The position numbers were made by a program, and so were the translations under genes. A stretch of DNA of 64,000 nucleotides, from assembly GCF_039541115.1 (NCBI RefSeq), contig NZ_BAABFP010000005.1, forward strand, positions 930,001-994,000, read 5' to 3'. A model generated the notes under the pieces. It had not been told where the DNA came from, did not search any database, and worked only from the letters and a program-made list of their open reading frames with translations. Positions 37,028 through 46,166 of this stretch are shown here, piece after piece; position 1 is the stretch's first letter, and every line of letters begins with the position of its first letter. Source of the DNA: Angustibacter luteus (GTDB lineage Bacteria > Actinomycetota > Actinomycetes > Actinomycetales > Angustibacteraceae).

Positions 37028-37974
37028 CGACGCCGTCCCAGCACCCACGCGACACCCCCTGCGAGCAGCACCGCCAGCGCGTCGACGGCGACGGACAGCC
37101 GCACCGCGCGCTCCAGGTCCGGCCGCGCGGGGGGTCGTCCGTCCCCAAGGTAGCCCCGGTCCTCGACCCGCCCCGCGTAGACGTTGGCGCCGCCGAGCCG
37201 TAGGCCCAGGGCCCCGGCGAAGGCGGCCTCGACCGGACCGGCGTTCGGGCTGGGGTGCTGGCCGGCGTCTCGGCGCCAGGCCACCAGGGACGCGGAGGGA
37301 CGTCGGCCGGCCAGGGCAGCGAGCGCGGCGCTGACCCGGGCGGGCAGGAAGTTGGCGACGTCGTCCAGCCGCGCCGACGCCCAGCCGAACCGTTCGTACC
37401 GGAGCGAGCGGTGACCGACCATGGCGTCCAGCGTGTTCACCGCGCGGTAGCCGACGAGGCCGGGGACGCCGGCCACCGCGCCCCAGAGCAGCGGGGCGAC
37501 GACGGCGTCGGAGGTGTTCTCGGCGAGCGACTCGACGCTGGCGCGACTGAGCCCGGCAGCATCCAGCCCCGCCGGGTCGCGCCCGGCCAGGTGGGACAGG
37601 CGCTCGCGGGCCGGGCCGAGGTCGCCGTCCCCCTCCGCGTCCGCGAGCAGCGCGGCCATCACCCGTCCCTCCACGGCGAGGCTGCGGGCGCCGAGCACGG
37701 CCCAGGTCGCCGCAGCGGTGAGCACGGTGCGCACCACCGGGTTCGTCGCCCGGCGCTCCAGCGCGGCCGCGAGGACGACGGGGACGCCGACCGCGATCCC
37801 GGTGAAGACGGCGCCGCGACGCCGTGAGTCGGCCCAGAGCCGCCCTTCCAGGGATCGGGCGGCCCGCCCGAAGCCGGCGACGGGGTGGCCGCGCCGGGGG
37901 TCGCCGAACGCCGCGTCCAGTGCGGCGCCGAGCACGAGCCCGAGCGCTCGCGAGGTCCTGAGGGGCAACAGCAC
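37024..37974 (-). CDS. cobD: Adenosylcobinamide-phosphate synthase CobD/CbiB
   Basis: GDPRRGHPV, ESLAENTSD, YRAVNTLDAMVGH, FGWASARLDD, SPNAG; start re-picked at GTG 37974. Confidence 0.9.
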   Translation of the reverse strand: MLLPLRTSRALGLVLGAALDAAFGDPRRGHPVAGFGRAARSLEGRLWADSRRRGAVFTGIAVGVPVVLAAALERRATNPVVRTVLTAAATWAVLGARSLAVEGRVMAALLADAEGDGDLGPARERLSHLAGRDPAGLDAAGLSRASVESLAENTSDAVVAPLLWGAVAGVPGLVGYRAVNTLDAMVGHRSLRYERFGWASARLDDVANFLPARVSAALAALAGRRPSASLVAWRRDAGQHPSPNAGPVEAAFAGALGLRLGGANVYAGRVEDRGYLGDGRPPARPDLERAVRLSVAVDALAVLLAGGVAWVLGRRR

Positions 37975-37995
37975 CCGGACAGTCTGCCCGGCGCT

Positions 37996-38025
37996 TTGAC
38001 AGTGCTCATGCCCCGGTGGCACGGT
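37996..38025 (+). promoter_or_regulatory. Putative promoter for the riboswitch-ECF-cobU-cobT-cobS operon
   Basis: TTGACA (37996-38001), 18 nt spacer, CACGGT (38020-38025). Confidence 0.5.
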
Positions 38026-38039
38026 TGCGGCACCTGACA

Positions 38040-38137
38040 CCCTTGGCGCGGGGAAGCCGGTCCGAGTCCGGCGCTGACCCGCAACCGTAGGCCGGACCCC
38101 GCACACGGGCACGGCAAGCCGGAGCACCGCACCTGGG
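38040..38137 (+). promoter_or_regulatory. Cobalamin riboswitch (short form)
   Basis: GGGGAAGCCGGTCCGAGTCCGGCGCTGACCCGCAACCGT...AAGCCGGAGCACC; downstream CCGC-CGAGGTCT-GCGG loop can kiss GACC; CCTCCC (38241-38246) is complementary to the GAGGAGG SD. Confidence 0.85.
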
Positions 38138-38272
38138 ACCAGGCTCCGACACATCCGCCGAGGTCTGCGGCACGGAGCCGGACGTTGGTGCGCTCGCCGG
38201 AGGAACTGGTCCCCACGGACCCGTGACTCGAGCGCACCGACCTCCCGCGCCCACCGCGAGGAGGTACCGAAC

Positions 38273-38998
38273 GTGAACGCCCATCCCCGCACCACCCTGC
38301 TGCGCGCGCTCCGGCTCATGGCAGTGCTCGTCGTCGCTGCCGTCGCCGGACTCGTGGTGGCGAGCCCTGCCCACGCCGACGCGTACCGCTACTGGGGCTA
38401 CTACCAGCTCAAGGACGGCGCCTGGACCTTCGCCCAGAAGGGCCCGGCCGAGACCACACCGGCCGACGGTGCCGTCGAGGGGTGGCGGTTCGCGGTCGCC
38501 GACGAGTCCTCCACCCGCACCCCGCGCCTCGTGCCCACCTTCGACAGCCTGTGCGGCACGACGGACAAGACGGCCGGCAACAAGCTGGTCGCGCTCGTGG
38601 TGGACTTCGGCCGTCCGGCCGACGGACCGGACGGGACGTCGGCCCCGCCGGCTCCCATCGCCCAGTGCGTCAGCGTGCCGACCGCAGCGACCGGATCGGA
38701 CGTGATGGCCGCTGCCGGGCTCACGCTGCGGTTGGACAAGAGCCTGACCTGCGCGATCAACGGCTGGCCGGCCACCGGCTGCGGCGACCCGGTCGACCCG
38801 GTCCCGGCCGCCGCGGCCAGCCCGGACACCTCGATCACGCTGCCCGCCGCCGAGCCGACCAGCGCCTCGAGCAGCACGGCGTCGGACGACGACGGGGGCA
38901 TCCCCACGGCCGCCTGGGTCGGCATCGGTGTGGCGGTCGTCGGCGGCGCGGTGCTGGCGCTGCTGGCGATGCGCCGCGGCAGCGAGCTCAAGGACTGA
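38273..38998 (+). CDS. SCO2322-like secreted, membrane-anchored protein (putative corrinoid-binding)
   Basis: Signal peptide ending PAHA, YRYWGYY...DGAVEGWRF, VALVVDFG, CAINGWP..GC, Ser/Pro stalk, C-terminal TM + RR; first gene after the B12 riboswitch. Confidence 0.75.
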   Translation: MNAHPRTTLLRALRLMAVLVVAAVAGLVVASPAHADAYRYWGYYQLKDGAWTFAQKGPAETTPADGAVEGWRFAVADESSTRTPRLVPTFDSLCGTTDKTAGNKLVALVVDFGRPADGPDGTSAPPAPIAQCVSVPTAATGSDVMAAAGLTLRLDKSLTCAINGWPATGCGDPVDPVPAAAASPDTSITLPAAEPTSASSSTASDDDGGIPTAAWVGIGVAVVGGAVLALLAMRRGSELKD

Positions 38999-39019
38999 CG
39001 ACTCCCCGGTGACCCGCGC

Positions 39020-40192
39020 ATGAACCCCCTGCTCCGCAGCCTCACACTGCCCCGGATGCTGCATCCGGCGGCGTGGTGGCTGTGGGCGATCGGGCTCGCC
39101 ACAGCGGCCAGCCGCACCACGAACCCGTTGCTGCTGCTGCTGGTGGTGGCGGTCGCCGGCTACGTGGTGTCCGCCCGGCGCGAGGCGGGGACGTCGTCCC
39201 CGTTCGGCGCGTTCCTGCGGCTCGGGCTGTTCGTGATCGCGATGCGGGTGGTGCTCCAGGCGCTGCTCGGTGGCGGGGTGCCGGGGACCACCATCCTGCT
39301 GCGGCTGCCCGAGGTGCCGCTGCCCGCGGCGGCCGGCGGCGTGCGGCTCGGCGGACCGGTCTCGCTGGAGGAGGTGCTGGCCGCGGCCTACGACGGCGCG
39401 CGGCTGGCGGCGGTCCTGGCGTGCATCGGGGCGGCGAACGCGCTGGCCAGCCCGCGGCGGCTGCTGCGGTACGTGCCGGCCACGTTGTACGACGTCGGCA
39501 CCGCGCTCGTCGTGGCCCTGACCTACGCTCCGCAGATGGTCGACGACGCGCGCCGGGTCCGGGCCGCGCGCCGGTTGCGCGGCCACGCCGGGCGGGGGCC
39601 TCGCGAGCTGGCCCGGTTGGCCGTGCCCGTGCTCGACGGCGCGCTGGAGCGCTCGCTCGAGCTCGCCGCCTCGATGGAGTCCCGCGGCTACGGACGCACC
39701 GTGTTCCGGGACGACCGCTCGCGCCGGTGGGCGACGTCCCTGACCATGCTGGGCCTCGGCGGGGTGGTCGCCGGCACGTACGGGGTGCTGGACGGTGGGT
39801 CGAGTCCGCTGCTCGGGCTGCCCCTGCTCGCGGTGGGCGCGGTCGCGGTCCTGGCGGCGCTGCTCGTGGGGGCGCGTCGCGACCCGCGCTCGCGGTACCG
39901 GCCGGATCCGTGGGCCGTGCCCGAGTGGCTGACCGTGCTGTGCGGCGTCACCGCGGCGGGGCTGGTGATCGCGGCGGCGCAGCGCGGCACCCCGGGCCTG
40001 GTGCCGATCACGGTTCCGGCGCAGTGGCCCACGCTGCCCTGGCTCCCGGCGGCCGGCGTCCTCTTCGCCCTGCTGCCCGCGTGGTTCACCCCGATGCCCC
40101 CAGCCCGGGCGGCGTTGCGCGCCGGGCTGCGCGCGGACGCCACCGCGGCCGGGACCGACCGCAGCGGCAGCACGCTCGGGACCGCGGCATGA
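39020..40192 (+). CDS. ECF transporter transmembrane T component (CbiQ/EcfT family)
   Basis: LHPAAWW, ARRLRG and SMESRGYG coupling motifs, many TM helices. Confidence 0.88.
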   Translation: MNPLLRSLTLPRMLHPAAWWLWAIGLATAASRTTNPLLLLLVVAVAGYVVSARREAGTSSPFGAFLRLGLFVIAMRVVLQALLGGGVPGTTILLRLPEVPLPAAAGGVRLGGPVSLEEVLAAAYDGARLAAVLACIGAANALASPRRLLRYVPATLYDVGTALVVALTYAPQMVDDARRVRAARRLRGHAGRGPRELARLAVPVLDGALERSLELAASMESRGYGRTVFRDDRSRRWATSLTMLGLGGVVAGTYGVLDGGSSPLLGLPLLAVGAVAVLAALLVGARRDPRSRYRPDPWAVPEWLTVLCGVTAAGLVIAAAQRGTPGLVPITVPAQWPTLPWLPAAGVLFALLPAWFTPMPPARAALRAGLRADATAAGTDRSGSTLGTAA

Positions 40193-41826
40193 TCCGGTTC
40201 GAGCAGGTGGGCGTGCGCTACGACGGCGCCGATGGTCCGGTGCTGCGGGACGTCGACCTCACCATCGACGAGGGCGAGCTGGCCCTCGTGGTCGGGGCGA
40301 CCGGAAGCGGCAAGACGACCCTGCTGCGGTGCGTCAACGGGCTGGTGCCGCACTTCAGCGGCGGCACGCTGTCCGGGCGCGTGCTCGTGGACGGTCGCGA
40401 CACCCGCACCCACCGACCACGCGACCTCGCGGACGTCGTCGGCATCGTGGGCCAGAACCCGACCGCGGCCTTCGTGACGGACACCGTCGAGGAGGAGCTC
40501 GCGTACGGCCTCGAGACGTTGGGGCTGCCGGGCGACGTGATGCGCAAGCGGGTCGAGGAGACGCTCGACCTGATGGGCCTGGCCGACCTGCGGGGCCGGG
40601 CGCTGCGCACCCTGTCCGGCGGGCAGGCGCAGCGCGTCGCCATCGGCGGCGTCCTCGCGGCGCACCCGCGCATCCTGGTGCTCGACGAGCCGACGTCCGC
40701 CCTGGATCCCGTTGCGGCAGAGGAGGTCCTGGCCGCGCTGACCCGACTGGTGCACGACCTGGGACTGACCGTGCTGCTGGCCGAGCACCGGCTCGAGCGC
40801 GTGGTCCAGTACGCCGACCGCGTGGTGATCGTGGCCGACGGGCTCGTGTGCCACGACGACCCGCGACGCGCGATGGCGACCTCGCCGGTCGCCCCGCCCG
40901 TGGTGACCCTGGGGCGGATGGCCGGCTGGGAGCCGCTGCCGCTCTCGGTGCGCGAGGCCCGACGTCATGCCGAGCCGTTGCGCCGCCGGCTGGCGGACCG
41001 CCCCGGTGCCACCGCCGCGTCGCCGACCGCTTCGTCCATCACGCCGCTGCCGGTGGCCGCGGCGAGCCCGCCGGCGCTGCTGGCCGAGCGGCTCGTCGTC
41101 GAGCGCGGGCGGACCCCCGTGCTGCGCGGCGTCGACCTTGCCGTGCACGCCGGTGAGGTGGTGGCCCTGATGGGCCGCAACGGCGCCGGCAAGTCGACCC
41201 TGCTGGCGGCGGCCGCCGGTCAGCTCGCGGTCGTCAAGGGACGGCTGCGCAGCGACGGCCAGGACCCGGCCACCCTGCGGCCGGCCGAGCTCGTCCGGCA
41301 CGTCGGCCTGGTGCCGCAGGACCCCGGACTGCTGCTGTACGCGGACAGCGTCGGCGCGGAGTGCCGCTCCGGGGACGCCGACATGTCCGTGCCGGCCGGG
41401 ACGGTGCGCGCACTGCTGGCCGACCTCGCACCGGACGTCGCCGACGACACCCACCCGCGGGACCTGTCGGAGGGTCAACGCCTCGCCCTCGCCCTGTCGA
41501 TCGTGCTGGCCGGCCGGCCGCCGCTGCTGCTGCTGGACGAACCGACCCGCGGGCTGGACTACGGAGCGAAGGCGCGGCTCGTGCTGAGCCTGCGCGCGAT
41601 GGCCGACGCCGGACGTGCCGTGCTGCTCGCCACCCACGACGTCGAGCTCGTGGCGGACGTCGCGGACCGCGTCGCACTGCTCGCCGAGGGCGAGATCGTC
41701 GCGGACGGCGCGACCGTCGACGTGCTGGGCGGCTCCCCTGCGTTCGCCCCTCAGGTGGCCAAGGTCATGCACCCGCAGCCGTGGCTCACGGTCGCCGACC
41801 TGACGGCCGCACTGGAGGCGTCGTGA
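40189..41826 (+). CDS. ECF transporter ATPase with two nucleotide-binding domains
   Basis: GATGSGKTT/LSGGQ/LDEPT and GRNGAGKST/LSEGQ/LDEPT; ATGA overlap with the T component. Confidence 0.92.
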   Translation: MIRFEQVGVRYDGADGPVLRDVDLTIDEGELALVVGATGSGKTTLLRCVNGLVPHFSGGTLSGRVLVDGRDTRTHRPRDLADVVGIVGQNPTAAFVTDTVEEELAYGLETLGLPGDVMRKRVEETLDLMGLADLRGRALRTLSGGQAQRVAIGGVLAAHPRILVLDEPTSALDPVAAEEVLAALTRLVHDLGLTVLLAEHRLERVVQYADRVVIVADGLVCHDDPRRAMATSPVAPPVVTLGRMAGWEPLPLSVREARRHAEPLRRRLADRPGATAASPTASSITPLPVAAASPPALLAERLVVERGRTPVLRGVDLAVHAGEVVALMGRNGAGKSTLLAAAAGQLAVVKGRLRSDGQDPATLRPAELVRHVGLVPQDPGLLLYADSVGAECRSGDADMSVPAGTVRALLADLAPDVADDTHPRDLSEGQRLALALSIVLAGRPPLLLLDEPTRGLDYGAKARLVLSLRAMADAGRAVLLATHDVELVADVADRVALLAEGEIVADGATVDVLGGSPAFAPQVAKVMHPQPWLTVADLTAALEAS

Positions 41827-42674
41827 GCGTCGCACCGGCCCGGTCGGCCGCGCTGATCGCCGTCCGCTGGCGGTCCTCCGTCGTCCTGGTCGCCACGATG
41901 CTGGTGGGCTTCGCGGCCTTCGCCTGGCCGTTCGTCGTCCGGCCCGGCACGGGCCTCGCCCACGGCGGCGACGCGCCCTGGCTGTTCGTCGTGCTGCTCG
42001 CGCTGATGGCGGCGCTCGTGGTCTCGGAGCTGGCCAGCGGCGGGCTGGACGCCAAGACCGTGTCGGTCCTGGGCGTCCTCGCGGCGCTCGGCGGTGCGTT
42101 GCGGGTGCTCGGCGCCGGCACCGCCGGGTTGGAACCGATGTTCTTCCTGCTGGTCGTCTCCGGTCGGGTGCTCGGCCGCGGCGCCGGCTTCGTCCTCGGG
42201 GCGCTGTCCGTGCTGGTCGGGGCGTTCCTCACCGGCGGCGTGGGACCGTGGGCGCCGTTCCAGATGGTCGCCGCCGGCATGGTGGGCTTCTTCGCCGGCT
42301 CGCTGCCCCGGGCCACCGGACGGCACGAGCGCTGGCTCCTGGCGGCCTACGGCTTCGTCGCCGGTCTGGCCTACGGCGTGGTGATGAACCTGTGGTTCTG
42401 GCCCTTCCTGGCCAGCGCGGTCGGCGACGCGACGACTTTTGTCCCAGGAGATCCCGTAGGTGCCAACCTCGGCCGCTACGCTGCGTTTTACCTCGCCACC
42501 AGCTTGGGGTGGGATCTGCCGCGAGGGCTGCTCACTGCTGCGCTCGTGCTCGGAGCCGGCCGGCCCGTGCTGGCTTCCCTGCGACGCGGCGCACGGCGGG
42601 CGGCCTTCGCGACAGCGGGAACGTTCGAGCCGCCGTCGTCCCTGTCGTCGGCTCAGGCACGGATGGACGAATGA
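41823..42674 (+). CDS. ECF transporter S component (CbrT-like, putative cobalamin/corrinoid)
   Basis: Hydrophobic; ALR, EPMFF, GGVGPWAPFQM; B12 riboswitch context; GTGA overlap. Confidence 0.8.
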   Translation: MSVAPARSAALIAVRWRSSVVLVATMLVGFAAFAWPFVVRPGTGLAHGGDAPWLFVVLLALMAALVVSELASGGLDAKTVSVLGVLAALGGALRVLGAGTAGLEPMFFLLVVSGRVLGRGAGFVLGALSVLVGAFLTGGVGPWAPFQMVAAGMVGFFAGSLPRATGRHERWLLAAYGFVAGLAYGVVMNLWFWPFLASAVGDATTFVPGDPVGANLGRYAAFYLATSLGWDLPRGLLTAALVLGAGRPVLASLRRGARRAAFATAGTFEPPSSLSSAQARMDE

Positions 42675-44305
42675 TGCGCGTACGGCTTCTCGGCACCGGC
42701 TCCGCCGACGGCTGGCCCAATGCCTTCTGCGAGTGCGCCTCCTGCCTGGCCGCCCAGCACGCCCAGCAGTGGCGCGGCCCGACGTCCGCGCTGGTCGACG
42801 GCCGGATCCTGCTCGACTGCGGCCCCGAGACACCGCGCGCGGCCCTGCGGTTCGAGGGCGGCCTGCAGCAGGTCACGCACATCCTGGTCACCCACGACCA
42901 CCCCGACCACAGCGCGCCCATGGCCCTGCTGTCTCGGGCCTGGGCCGGGCGCACCGAACCCCTCACGGTCGTCGGTCCGGCGCCGGTCATCGCGTCGTGG
43001 TGCCTGTGGGCCGCACCGGATGCGCCGGTGCGCTGGCAGGCGGTGCTGCCGGGCGACGTCCTGCAGGCGGACGGCTACACCGTCCGCGTGCTGGCCGGCG
43101 CCCACGGCGAGGAGGAGGCCGTCGTCTACGACCTGACCGGCCCGGGCGGCGAGCGGATGCTCTACGCGACGGACACCGGCCCCCTGCCCGAGGCCACCAT
43201 CACCGCCACGACTGACGCCGAGTTCGACCTCGTGCTGCTCGAGGCGACCTTCGGTGACCGTCGCGGTCCCGGTGCGCCGAGCGGCACCGACCACCTCGAC
43301 CTGTCCACCTTCGCGGACCAGATGGTGCGGTTGCGCGGCGCTCGGGCACTGACCCGAGGCAGCCGCATCGCCGCCGTCCACCTGTCCCACCACAGCCCGG
43401 TCGACCTGCGCCCGCGCCTGGGTGCCTGGGGCGTGCAGGTGGTCGACGACGGGCACGCCTTCCAGCTCGACCGGGCGGCCAGCCGCGCCCGGGCCCGCGC
43501 CGCGCAGCCGGCCGAAGCCATGACCGGGCTCGTGGGGGGCGACGACGAACCGCGCCGCACGTTGTTGCTCGGTGGGGTGCGGTCCGGCAAGTCCAGCGTG
43601 GCCGAGGCCCTGTTCGCGGCGGACGCACCGGTCACCTACGTGGCCACCGGGTACGTCCCGGACGGCGACGACCACGAGTGGCTGGAACGCGTGGCGGCGC
43701 ACCAGCTGCGTCGTCCGGCGCACTGGACCACGCTGGAGACCACCGACCTCGGAGCGGCCCTGCGCGGCGCGCAGGGGCCGGTGATCATCGACTGCCTCGG
43801 GATGTGGATGACCAGCGTGCTGTCCCGCTGCGGCGCCTGGGAGCAGGCCCCGGGGTGGCAGCACGCCGTCGACCAGCACGTCGACGCGCTCGTCGAGGCC
43901 TGGCACGCGGTGCGCGTACCGGTGGTGGCGGTCAGCAACGAGGTCGGCTCGGGGGTCGTGCCGGGCTCGTGGTCGGGCCGGGTGTTCCGGGACCAGCTGG
44001 GCCGGCTGAACACCCGCATCTCCGCGGCCAGCGAGCGGGTGCTGCTGGTGGTGGCCGGGCGGGTGCTCGACCTCGCCGCGCTCGGCTCCCCCGCCGCGGC
44101 AACCGGGTCCGCGGATGAGACCGGGCAGCCGGCCGAGGTCTCCCGCCCCCACCGCGCGCTCGACGTCCCGGCACCCTCCACCGACCCGGCCGACATCTCG
44201 TCGACCCCTGGACGGCACGCCGCGGTCCGCACCGCACTGCACCCCGTGCTCGACCTGACCCGCCACGCCAGCACCGCCGACTCCCTCGAACAGGACACTG
44301 CATGA
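42671..44305 (+). CDS. cobU: Fusion of a PhnP-like MBL metallo-hydrolase and adenosylcobinamide kinase/guanylyltransferase CobU
   Basis: N-terminal LLGTG, CECASC, THDHPDH, DTG, DHL, HLSH; C-terminal [50 protein letters not shown]. Confidence 0.88.
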   Translation: MMRVRLLGTGSADGWPNAFCECASCLAAQHAQQWRGPTSALVDGRILLDCGPETPRAALRFEGGLQQVTHILVTHDHPDHSAPMALLSRAWAGRTEPLTVVGPAPVIASWCLWAAPDAPVRWQAVLPGDVLQADGYTVRVLAGAHGEEEAVVYDLTGPGGERMLYATDTGPLPEATITATTDAEFDLVLLEATFGDRRGPGAPSGTDHLDLSTFADQMVRLRGARALTRGSRIAAVHLSHHSPVDLRPRLGAWGVQVVDDGHAFQLDRAASRARARAAQPAEAMTGLVGGDDEPRRTLLLGGVRSGKSSVAEALFAADAPVTYVATGYVPDGDDHEWLERVAAHQLRRPAHWTTLETTDLGAALRGAQGPVIIDCLGMWMTSVLSRCGAWEQAPGWQHAVDQHVDALVEAWHAVRVPVVAVSNEVGSGVVPGSWSGRVFRDQLGRLNTRISAASERVLLVVAGRVLDLAALGSPAAATGSADETGQPAEVSRPHRALDVPAPSTDPADISSTPGRHAAVRTALHPVLDLTRHASTADSLEQDTA

Positions 44306-45393
44306 CCTCGATCGACCTGACCGCACTGCGCGAGGCCGTCAGCCTTCGCGACTGGGACGCGGCCAGCGACACCCGCCTGCGCCTGGACGGCCTGGTGAAG
44401 CCGCTCGGCTCCCTCGGCCGCCTCGAGCAGCTGGCCGCCTGGCTGTCCGGGGTCCAGGGCGCCTCACCGCCCCGGCCGCTGGACGACGTCCGCGTCGTGG
44501 TGTTCGCCGGCGACCACGGCATCGCGAGGTCGGGGGTCTCGGCGTACCCGCCCGAGGTGACCGCCGCGATGGTGCGCACGTTCCTCGCCGGTGCGGCCGG
44601 GGTGAACGCCCTGGCCACGTTGCACGGTGCGAAGGTGCGGGTGCTGGACCTCGGCGTCGACGCCGACACCGACGACCTGCCGGCCGCCGTGACCGAGCAC
44701 AAGGTGCGCCGCGGGTCCGGCTCGATCGACGTCGAGGACGCCCTGACCGACGACGAGGTCGAGCGCGCCTTCGTCAGCGGCCAGCGGATCGCGGACGAGG
44801 AGGTCGACAGCGGCGCCGACCTGCTGATCGCCGGCGACATGGGCATCGGGAACACGACGGTCGCCGCCGCGCTCGTCGCGGTGCTGCTCGACCTGCAGCC
44901 ACTGGACGTCGTCGGCACCGGGACGGGTATCGACGACGACGCCTGGGCCCGCAAGGTCGGCGCTCTGCGTGATGCCGCCTACCGCGGGCGCGCCGTCCGC
45001 GAGGACCCGTTGGCGGTGCTGCGCACCGTCGGCAGCGCCGACACCGCCGCGATGACCGGCTTCCTCGTGCAGGCCGCCGTCCGGCGCACCCCCGTGCTCC
45101 TGGACGGCGTGGTCTCGTGCGCGTGCGCACTCGTCGGCCGCCGGCTGGTCGACAGCGCCAGCCACTGGTGGCTGGCTGGGCACCGTTCCACCGAGCCGGC
45201 CCAGCACCGGGTGCTCGACGTGCTCGGCCTGGAACCCTTGGTAGACCTAGGAATGCGGCTCGGCGAGGGCACCGGCGCACTCACCGCGCTGCCGATCCTG
45301 CGGGCCGCGCAGGCGATGTGCGCGGACATGGGACTGCTGGCCGACCTGCTGCCGCCGGACCCGATGGCCGGGCTGCCCGCCGACGCGACGTGA
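44302..45393 (+). CDS. cobT: Nicotinate-nucleotide-dimethylbenzimidazole phosphoribosyltransferase (second copy)
   Basis: [41 protein letters not shown]. Confidence 0.92.
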   Translation: MTSIDLTALREAVSLRDWDAASDTRLRLDGLVKPLGSLGRLEQLAAWLSGVQGASPPRPLDDVRVVVFAGDHGIARSGVSAYPPEVTAAMVRTFLAGAAGVNALATLHGAKVRVLDLGVDADTDDLPAAVTEHKVRRGSGSIDVEDALTDDEVERAFVSGQRIADEEVDSGADLLIAGDMGIGNTTVAAALVAVLLDLQPLDVVGTGTGIDDDAWARKVGALRDAAYRGRAVREDPLAVLRTVGSADTAAMTGFLVQAAVRRTPVLLDGVVSCACALVGRRLVDSASHWWLAGHRSTEPAQHRVLDVLGLEPLVDLGMRLGEGTGALTALPILRAAQAMCADMGLLADLLPPDPMAGLPADAT

Positions 45394-46163
45394 GCCGCCC
45401 CGGCGCCCTACGCGACGGCGTCCGGCTGGCGACGGGCACCCTCACCGTGCTGCCCGTCCCCGCGCCGGTCACCGTCGACCGGGAGGCGGCCGGCCGGGCC
45501 ATGGCGCTGGCCGGGCTGGTGGCCCTGCTGCCCGGCTCACTCGTGGCACTGGTGGGCTGGGCCGGGTCGGCCCTGGGCGCCCCGCCGTTGCTGGTCGGCG
45601 CCGTCGCCGTCGGCGCCCTCGCGTGGTCGAGCCGGGGCCTGCACCTGGACGGCCTGGCCGACACCGCCGACGGGCTGGCCGCCAGCTACGACCGCGAACG
45701 GGCGCTGGCAGTGATGCGTACCGGGGACGTCGGCCCGATCGGCGCCGCCACGCTGGTGCTCGTGCTCCTCGCGCAGGTGGCGTGCGTGGCCGCGCTGGTC
45801 GAGCAGCCGCTGCTCTCGGGCGCCGCGGTGGTCGTCTCACGCGCCGTGCTCGCGCTGGCCTGCGCCTCGGGGGTTCCCGCCGCGCGCAGTGACGGGTTGG
45901 GAGCCATGGTCGCCGGGTCCGTGCCCCGCTGGGCCGCCGGTTCCGCCGTCCTGCTGGCTGGGGTCGTGGTGACCCTCGCCGCGCTCGCCTCCGGCACGCC
46001 GTGGTGGTCCGGCCCGCTCGCCGCGGCGCTCGCCGTGCTGGCCGCCGGCGCCGTCCTGGTCCGCTGCACCCGCCGGCTGGGTGGCATCACCGGTGACGTC
46101 CTCGGCGCCCTGGTCGAGGTGTCCCTGGCAGCGACGCTCGCCGTCCTCGCGACCGCCGCCTGA
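45390..46163 (+). CDS. cobS: Adenosylcobinamide-GDP ribazoletransferase
   Basis: [30 protein letters not shown] 45390 overlaps the cobT stop. Confidence 0.9.
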   Translation: MSRPGALRDGVRLATGTLTVLPVPAPVTVDREAAGRAMALAGLVALLPGSLVALVGWAGSALGAPPLLVGAVAVGALAWSSRGLHLDGLADTADGLAASYDRERALAVMRTGDVGPIGAATLVLVLLAQVACVAALVEQPLLSGAAVVVSRAVLALACASGVPAARSDGLGAMVAGSVPRWAAGSAVLLAGVVVTLAALASGTPWWSGPLAAALAVLAAGAVLVRCTRRLGGITGDVLGALVEVSLAATLAVLATAA

Positions 46164-46166
46164 GTC

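Noticed and set aside
39073..41826. 917-aa ORF suggesting a T-component/ATPase fusion
   Set aside because: The first 372 codons are an off-frame overlap; the ATPase starts at ATG 40189.
44090..44305. C-terminal ~70-aa extension of CobU as a third domain
   Set aside because: Ala/Pro/Ser/Thr-rich with no motif; most likely a disordered tail running up to cobT.
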